Below are positions 58,312-64,000 of a DNA stretch of 64,000 bases, one piece after another. Position 1 is the stretch's first letter. Each line of letters opens with the position of its first letter. A program made the translations under genes and the position numbers. Source of the stretch: Solirubrobacterales bacterium (lineage in GTDB: Bacteria > Actinomycetota > Thermoleophilia > Solirubrobacterales > JBBDJG01); assembly GCA_038330145.1 (NCBI GenBank), contig JBBQNR010000006.1, positions 2,773 to 66,772 on the forward strand, read 5' to 3'. The notes beneath the pieces were generated by a model, which saw nothing but the letters and a program-made list of their open reading frames with translations, was not told the origin of the DNA and did not search any database.

Positions 58312-59448
58312 ATGTCCGTTAGTCAGGTAGCTCGGGGAACCGCAGTGGCTGCTGCGTTGGCCACGTTCATTGTGCTGGGCATGGCGCCTGGGGCTCAGGC
58401 GGCATTTCCAGGTGCGAACGGCAAGATCGCTTTCGAGCTCGGCGAGAAGGGTCTCTTTACCGTCAATCCTGACGGCACGGACCAGGAGCTCATCGCGGCT
58501 GGCGGCGACCCTGCCTGGTCGCCCGACGGGACGCGGATCGCGGCAGACGGAGCCGTGATGACTCCGAGCGGTTCGCTCCTGAGCACTTTTCAAGGTGCGA
58601 ACCCGTCTTGGTCGCCCGACGGAACGAGGCTCGTCTATGAGGTCAGTGTCCGACCGCCGGACCCTCCGCGCCCCGCACCCTTCATCGACCTTGTCACTTC
58701 CGAACCCGATGGAGCGGCCCCGTTCCGACTGACCACCGACGGCGAGCAGGGTGCCGCGAATCTCTTTCCCGCTTGGTCCCCTGACGGCTCGAGAATTGCA
58801 TTCGACTACGTTGCGCCTCCTTTCGGAGGCATAGGGACGTACACCATCAGACCTGACGGATCTGACAGGACACGTATTACGCCGGGGGGTCATCCCGACT
58901 GGTCTCCGGATGGACGTTTCATTGTGTTCGCCGGTGGCTACATCGCCAACGCCGATGGAAGCGGCGTCATACGGCAGATCAACCCACTCGGAGAGATGTT
59001 GTTTCCACGATTTTCCCCGGACGGCCGTTGGCTGGTGTTTTCGGCTCATGCTCCAGCGGCCGGACTCACCGTTTGGATCGTGTCGGCTGAGGACGGATCG
59101 GGTCTCCGGCGCCTGACGCCTGATGAGACATCGCAAGATATTCCGAGGGCGGACTGGCAGCCGCTGCCCCTCGGCCCCTCTGATGGCGACGGCGATGGAA
59201 TTCCGGACGCAAGCGACAACTGCTCCACCACGTCCAACCCAGACCAGAAGGACAGCGACGGGGATGGAGCAGGTGATGTGTGCGATGCCACTCCGTTCCC
59301 TGGGCCGCAACGAAGCGATTACAAGAACGCGGCGCAGTTCTGCAAGGCCGAGGCGGACTTCCTTGGAGACACACCGTTCCGTCAGAAGTACGGCACGAAT
59401 GGGAATGGCGTTAACGCTCATGGCAAGTGCGTGAGCCAGAGCAGGTAG
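58312..59448 (+). CDS. Secreted TolB/PD40-repeat protein with thrombospondin type-3 repeats
   Basis: AFPGANGKIAF, repeated PAWSPDG, DGDGIPDASDNC...DGDGAGDVCD, C-terminal YKNAAQFCKAE...HGKCVS. Confidence 0.88.
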   Translation: MSVSQVARGTAVAAALATFIVLGMAPGAQAAFPGANGKIAFELGEKGLFTVNPDGTDQELIAAGGDPAWSPDGTRIAADGAVMTPSGSLLSTFQGANPSWSPDGTRLVYEVSVRPPDPPRPAPFIDLVTSEPDGAAPFRLTTDGEQGAANLFPAWSPDGSRIAFDYVAPPFGGIGTYTIRPDGSDRTRITPGGHPDWSPDGRFIVFAGGYIANADGSGVIRQINPLGEMLFPRFSPDGRWLVFSAHAPAAGLTVWIVSAEDGSGLRRLTPDETSQDIPRADWQPLPLGPSDGDGDGIPDASDNCSTTSNPDQKDSDGDGAGDVCDATPFPGPQRSDYKNAAQFCKAEADFLGDTPFRQKYGTNGNGVNAHGKCVSQSR

Positions 59449-59452
59449 CGAA

Positions 59453-60475
59453 TTGGTGGTTCGGAAGCTGACGGCCACGATTATCTGCATCGCCAGTTTG
59501 GGGCTCACTGCTCCAGCGGTGTCTTTTGCCGCTCGCTGTCCTGACGATCGTTACGACCATGCGGCGGCGGCGGCATACGTCCTTGGGGGCGTGGCCCCAC
59601 TGATCGCCACCGCCTTCGACGTTAGGTGGAACTTCCTTCTGCCCGGCTTCAGTTCCCCCAGCCTGTCCGAATCGAACCTCCGAGTGTCCATTCAAGCCGC
59701 AACCGCGACCCCTATCAGCCATCCTTACAGCGGCACAGGCGGGGAAGTGATCTTCCGGTTCGAGCCTGGCGACGGCCCCGCGTTGGTCTCCGCACAGTGG
59801 GACGTCAGCATCGACCCCTACTCCCAAGCCCCACTTTCGTGCGACTCGTCCACGAGCAAGGTCGTTAGTCCAATGCCGCCGGACCCTGCGGAAGCTCCAC
59901 CGACTGGGCCACCAACACTTGACCCGGTCTGGGTTGACCGCAGCGCGAGAAGGGCACAGGAGGTCAACTGGGATTTCAATATCACGGACAGCCCTCCCGG
60001 CTCCCTCGCAGTTACGGTCTGGGCAAAGGGGGTCCGGGCACGCGTTGAGTCCCAAAGCGATGAGACGCCTTTTCTCTGGGATGGCGGATCGGTCAGACGT
60101 CGCGGCCGGTTTGTGTTGTTGCCAACCATCGACCGGGACAATTACACGGCACACGTTACGTTCCGATCGCTTAGGAAGCGGACTGGCAATAAGAAGTACT
60201 TCTATCGAGCGGCTCTCGACGGGAAGGTTCTCAAGAGAGGAAGCTTTCGTGTACGGACTCGATTCCATCGTCGTATCCGTGGCTTCACGATTCCTGGTGA
60301 CGCACCTAGAAAGGTTTGGGAAGGAAGTGACCAGTTCTTTAACTATTGCTTGAAGAAAAACCGGGAGATCTGGAGTCAGAACGGACGGCTGTATTGCTGG
60401 TGGGGAGGAACAGCTGACCTGCATTGGCGAGGCCGCTCCGCGTATACGAGTGTCAGCATCCGGTTGTTGCACTAG
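59453..60475 (+). CDS. Secreted hypothetical protein
   Basis: Signal peptide; 340-aa ORF with codon usage unlike host genes. Confidence 0.6.
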   Translation: MVVRKLTATIICIASLGLTAPAVSFAARCPDDRYDHAAAAAYVLGGVAPLIATAFDVRWNFLLPGFSSPSLSESNLRVSIQAATATPISHPYSGTGGEVIFRFEPGDGPALVSAQWDVSIDPYSQAPLSCDSSTSKVVSPMPPDPAEAPPTGPPTLDPVWVDRSARRAQEVNWDFNITDSPPGSLAVTVWAKGVRARVESQSDETPFLWDGGSVRRRGRFVLLPTIDRDNYTAHVTFRSLRKRTGNKKYFYRAALDGKVLKRGSFRVRTRFHRRIRGFTIPGDAPRKVWEGSDQFFNYCLKKNREIWSQNGRLYCWWGGTADLHWRGRSAYTSVSIRLLH

Positions 60476-60502
60476 CGGCAACCCCCCTTACTGGCGAGCG
60501 GC

Positions 60503-60952
60503 TCATTTGCCGCCCTCGGCGTCGACGGCCAGGAGGCGGCGGCGGGAACGGCTTCTGCTGCTGGCGGCCGGTTGCTCAACAGCCTCACCGGGCTTTGCGA
60601 TCCGCCAGCGAAGGTTGCGCTTGCCCTTCGGAGTCAATCCGAGCGTATCCATGCGGAGTCTGATCTCCCCGGCAAGCGAGCCAGTCGGCTGGCGGTCGAA
60701 TAGGTCGACCAGCCGCAGCGTGTCGATCGCAAACGCCACGTCGCCCGAACTCCACCGGGTATTCGCCGGGTCACGGCACCATGCATCCCAATGCGCTTGC
60801 GCACGCTGCGACCACTCGCCTTCGCCGCCGCGCGGGGGAAGCGGCCGAGCAACGGGTTGTTCGAGCGGCAGCAGGTCGATCCATTCGCCGCCCGCTGGCG
60901 TGTTGTGACGGCGGCGGGCATTCCGGTCTTTCGGAGGCGGTCCAGGGGTCAC
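60503..60952 (-). CDS. Phage terminase small subunit-like protein
   Basis: PGPPPK...RRRHN, W...W...W core, GEIRLRMDTLGLTPKGKRNLRW; GGAGG before the GTG. Confidence 0.72.
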   Translation of the reverse strand: MTPGPPPKDRNARRRHNTPAGGEWIDLLPLEQPVARPLPPRGGEGEWSQRAQAHWDAWCRDPANTRWSSGDVAFAIDTLRLVDLFDRQPTGSLAGEIRLRMDTLGLTPKGKRNLRWRIAKPGEAVEQPAASSRSRSRRRLLAVDAEGGK

Positions 60953-60984
60953 GTCTTCGCCTCCTGCGGGATACTGCGCGGGCG

Positions 60985-61386
60985 ATGAGACCGAAGGTAT
61001 CGATCGTCGGCCAGGAGGCCGATACCGTGCGCATCGAGCGGCCCGATGGCAAGGCCGTTGACTGTTACTGGCGGAGCGACGGCAAGTTTGTCGTCTACGA
61101 CATGCGGACGCAGAAAAGGCTCGCCGAGATTGAAGTTGATACGGGCCAGCCTTCCGCGAAGTCGAAGGGGACGGTGGCAATGCCAGGCCACGACGTCCTC
61201 GTCGTCCCGCCGACGCGCTCCCGCACCGGCAAGCTGCTCGTCAACTGGTCGAAAACGCACGCGCTCGACTGCAAATGGGCGCTCGGCTACCAGCACAACC
61301 TCCCGTATGGGCCGTACACCCGGATGCCCGCGTCGGAGGTGCCCGCGCATGTGGGGGGTTGCGCCCGTTGCGGAGGTGGGCGATGA
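60985..61386 (+). CDS. Hypothetical cargo protein (C-terminal CxxC)
   Basis: Begins at the ATG of the left box; HALDC...CARC possible zinc ligands. Confidence 0.55.
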   Translation: MRPKVSIVGQEADTVRIERPDGKAVDCYWRSDGKFVVYDMRTQKRLAEIEVDTGQPSAKSKGTVAMPGHDVLVVPPTRSRTGKLLVNWSKTHALDCKWALGYQHNLPYGPYTRMPASEVPAHVGGCARCGGGR

Positions 61387-61423
61387 GAGTCGTAACGCAC
61401 GAACGAGGAAGAGTGTCCGGTTA

Positions 61424-61651
61424 ATGGGCATTCTGCGAGGAATCTTGAGAGGCATTGAGTGGACCGCGAGGGAGGTGCAGGAAAGCCGCTATAGACAAAA
61501 CCTGACCCCTCTCGAATACGACAAGCTTCAGCGGTTGAGGAGGTTGGGGGGAAAGGCGACGCCGAAGGAAAGGGCCGAGGTGAACAGGCTTATCCACAAA
61601 GCACGCGTGAAGGCCAAATATCGCTCGCGAAACCGCCCTCGAAGCCGCTGA
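61424..61651 (+). CDS. Small basic hypothetical cargo protein
   Basis: GAGGAAG upstream; last codons and stop are supplied by the right box. Confidence 0.45.
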   Translation: MGILRGILRGIEWTAREVQESRYRQNLTPLEYDKLQRLRRLGGKATPKERAEVNRLIHKARVKAKYRSRNRPRSR

Positions 61652-61813
61652 CCTGTTGGCAGCAAGACGCTCACGCCGAATCCTCGTAACCCGTACATAA
61701 GGTGAGCGGCAGCCCTCGACGGTCCCGATGTGAGCAGCACCTGGGGCCATCCCCACCCCGTGGGCCATAGCGCCCTGCGCAGGTCCCGTGGTCGTCAGGC
61801 GGCGCCTCTTGCG

Positions 61814-62254
61814 CCTGCGGGATACTGCGCGGGCGATGTCGCAGGAGAACGTGGAGTTGGTGCGCCGGGGGATCGAAGCGTGGAACAGAGGCGACGTGGA
61901 CGCCATACTGGCCATTTTTCATCGCGACCTCGAGTATGTGACTACGGGTTTGTTTCCCGGCCTTGATCCCGTCTATCACGGCCACGACGGCTTCAAAAGG
62001 TTCTGGCAAGACTTCCGAGAGACCTGGGAGTCGCTCTCGATCGAGGTTCACGAGCTGCGTGACGCTGGCGAGCGAGTCCTCTCTCACCTCACGTTCAACG
62101 CTCGCGGGCGCGATGGCTTGGCCGTGCGCCGACAGGTGGCCAGCGTCGCGACTATCCGAGACGGCTTGGTGGTGCGTCACGAGAACTACGGGAATTGGAC
62201 AACAGCCCTCGAAGCCGTGGGCCTGTCGGAGCAAGACGCTCACGCCGACTCCTG
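61814..62254 (+). mobile_element. Cassette 2: same boxes, CCTG duplicated, SnoaL cargo
   Basis: cctg at 61814-61817 and 62251-62254; inserted opposite to the phage backbone. Confidence 0.7.
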
Positions 62255-62255
62255 A
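61836..62255 (+). CDS. SnoaL-like (NTF2-fold) protein, MSQENVE type
   Basis: MSQENVELVRRGIEAWNRGD, YHGHDG, ALEAVGLSEQDAHADS. Confidence 0.9.
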   Translation: MSQENVELVRRGIEAWNRGDVDAILAIFHRDLEYVTTGLFPGLDPVYHGHDGFKRFWQDFRETWESLSIEVHELRDAGERVLSHLTFNARGRDGLAVRRQVASVATIRDGLVVRHENYGNWTTALEAVGLSEQDAHADS

Positions 62256-62320
62256 TTCCGGTTCCGTTCCCTGCCGCGCTGAGCCTCGGCCTGAGACTTG
62301 CGAGCGTGCGCGCTCGACGG

Positions 62321-63026
62321 TCATGGCTGCTCCTCGACCAACATCAGCAGCGCCACCGTCAACGCGTCGGGGTCGCGCTCCACCGGACTGTTCGGTTGCA
62401 GGCTCGTGATTGACGCCTGATAGGCCGCAGCCTTCTCCTGCCTACGGGCTAGGCGACCGGGGTTCGGCGGGCGGTAGTCCCAACTTGACGGGTCGCCGTG
62501 GAAGTTGCGAAGGGCACGCAGCAGCACGCGGTCGACTTCGAGTCCTGTGAACTCGCCTCGCAGCTTGTCGACCAGCTTGCGGATCGCGTCAGCGTGGCCC
62601 TGGCCTCGCTGCTCGACATCGGCCACCCACTCGCCGTAGTGCTCGCGCATGGCCTCGCCTTGTGCATAGACCGCAGTTCGCACGTTCTCGGCGGCCGCCT
62701 GCTCGAGTCGGTTGGCCTCCCCCAGCGCCTTGTGTGCTGCCGGGTTCGGTCGGCTCTGGCGGACCCTCGTTCACGTCGAGGGCCTTCGCGTCGGCTTGCA
62801 GGTCATGTGCCGGGGCTGCCTTGTGCGCCTCGTGGGCCTCGTGAAGAGCGGCCTTCGCTTGCTGGTGGGTCTCCCAGGCTGCGCGAGTCTTGGCCGCCGC
62901 TTCGCTTACCGGCTTCGGCATCCCCGAAACGTCGGGGATCAGCAGCCCTTCCGATAGACGATCCAGCACTCGGATTCGCTTCGGCCTCGGCAGCGTGGCG
63001 GGTGTGGCTTCTGTGGTCGTGTTCAT
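62321..63026 (-). pseudogene. Helical phage protein split by a single frameshift
   Basis: ORF 63026-62589 continues plausibly into ORF 62683-62321 if one base is skipped near 62741 (EP/AAHKALGEANRLEQ). Confidence 0.55.
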
Positions 63027-63397
63027 GATCGCCTCCGTCGTCTAGTTGTGGCGATACCAGGGGCAGGCTCGCCATCGTCATTTCCGAAGATCCGTCGCGC
63101 GTGATCTTCGACCGACATCTCTTCAAGAGAAGGCTTGTCGGCCGGGTCGTCGTCGTCCTTCAGGCTCGCGGCGCGACTCACCGTGGCGCGGTACTCCCGG
63201 TATTCGTCCGTCTCGAACTGCGGCTCGGGGGCCTGCCGACCCTGGGCCTGTATGCGCTCGAAGTGTTCATCCGTGGTCAGCTCCTCCATCGTCTTGAACC
63301 GGCGCGGTGGCTCTCCGAGTTTCGCCTCGATCCGCCCGCGAATGGAGTGCTCCACATGGTTTAGGTGCTCCACATCGGTTAGGTGCTCGTCAGTCAT
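63023..63397 (-). CDS. Small acidic phage hypothetical protein
   Basis: AAGGA RBS before ATG 63397; ATGA overlap with the next gene; 18-nt tandem repeat near the start. Confidence 0.6.
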   Translation of the reverse strand: MTDEHLTDVEHLNHVEHSIRGRIEAKLGEPPRRFKTMEELTTDEHFERIQAQGRQAPEPQFETDEYREYRATVSRAASLKDDDDPADKPSLEEMSVEDHARRIFGNDDGEPAPGIATTRRRRRS

Positions 63398-63551
63398 AGC
63401 GTCCTTTCTGCTTGGCGTGGAAACGCGAGCGGGAGGCAGCCGCCTTTTAGGCCTCCCGCTCACGCGGCGGCGCGGCGGCTTTGTGGCGGCCAGCGCTCGC
63501 GCTCGCCGGGACAGGAGTGATCCCGGCGAAGTTGTCTAGGTAGCTGCCGAT

Positions 63552-63827
63552 TCACGACGGGCACCGTCCGCTGCCGCTTCGCACCCAATCGTCCAGCTCA
63601 CTACGTCGGAACAGCGTGCGGCTGCCGTCCTTGTGGAACGGGACTCGGCGTGCCGAAACGAGGCTGTAGATCCGCGAGGGTGTGCAGCGCAAGTGCTCGG
63701 CCGCTTCGGCAACGCTGAGCCAGGAATCTTGCGCGTGGCCGTTGCGCTCGGCAACCAGCTCGGCGGCACGCTCGGCGATTCGTTCCACGGCTTCAGGCGT
63801 CAGCTCGAATGTCAAAGGCTCGGTCAC
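63552..63827 (-). CDS. Excisionase-like HTH DNA-binding protein
   Basis: WLSVAEAAEHLRCTPSRIYSLV...GSRTLFRRSELDDW. Confidence 0.85.
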   Translation of the reverse strand: MTEPLTFELTPEAVERIAERAAELVAERNGHAQDSWLSVAEAAEHLRCTPSRIYSLVSARRVPFHKDGSRTLFRRSELDDWVRSGSGRCPS

Positions 63828-64000
63828 GTCGCTCGCCCCGTGCGGGGCCAACCCCAGCAGCGAGTGCACCGGTCGTCGTCGTCCTCGACGCGCGGTTCCG
63901 GGCAGTTGCAAACGGGCCTAGTAGGAACATCTCCCGTCGGGGACGCCCCACTGTCCCTACTGCTGTCACCGGAGCCTGAAGGGGGCTCTGCACGGCCATT

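Larger units (their letters stand above)
60962..61684 (+). mobile_element. Cassette 1: fixed left and right boxes, TCCT duplicated, two unrelated cargo ORFs
   Basis: Left box 60963-60987 identical to 61814-61838; right box 61631-61684 near-identical to 62201-62253. Confidence 0.7.
56772..64000. mobile_element. Integrative phage-satellite-like or degraded prophage element (right end outside window)
   Basis: tRNA junction, tyrosine integrase, terS, excisionase-like HTH, visibly more AT-rich cargo. Confidence 0.8.

Noticed and set aside
58312-60475. TolB-like and secreted cargo genes as additional boxed cassettes
   Set aside because: Neither the CCTGCGGGATACT left box nor the right box is visible at their flanks.
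61710-61719. cagccctcga as a third right-box vestige
   Set aside because: Only 10 bp match in GC-rich DNA; could be chance.
61421-62324. Minus-strand ORFs 61421-61915 and 61671-62324 as real genes
   Set aside because: Mostly antisense translations of the SnoaL cassette; only the flanking portions appear to be phage backbone.
63347-63388. 18-nt tandem repeat (about 2.3 copies)
   Set aside because: In-frame coding repeat (EHL-type motif); ordinary slippage.

Overview
High-GC actinobacterial chromosome segment; gene content and the MSQENVE-type SnoaL family suggest Thermoleophilia/Solirubrobacterales (inference). From left to right: (1) a ~14 kb phosphate/polyphosphate locus (uppP, NUDIX-histidine phosphatase, CYTH-CHAD, ppk1, HD protein, phoU-pstBACS, OmpR-family regulator, DUF47-pit) with two GTTCAC 11-bp direct-repeat PHO-like boxes; (2) a four-gene Tad minor-pilin operon ending in a pilin-M15 peptidase-lytic transglycosylase fusion; (3) a CTAG-flanked MITE and an amber-interrupted DUF1428 gene; (4) MarR/MMPL, two membrane glycosyltransferase-like genes and uvrC; (5) a secreted protein plus six MCE genes with no permease or ATPase nearby; (6) a GGDEF gene, gap-pgk-tpiA-gpmI, Ser/Thr kinase, M48 protease, GAF-GGDEF, rlmH, argS, ccdA-ccmH; (7) from ~56.77 kb to the window end, a tyrosine-integrase element inserted in tRNA-Gly(CCC), of which only the 5' half remains, with terminase small subunit and excisionase genes. 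The most striking observation is inside that element: two small recombinase-less cassettes share an identical 25-bp left end (carrying GATACT and the ATG) and a near-identical ~54-bp right end, are each bounded by a duplicated CCT-containing core, and carry unrelated cargo. Removing them in silico restores the terS ribosome-binding site and a continuous phage reading frame. All product calls come from motif recognition by eye; no database searches were run.
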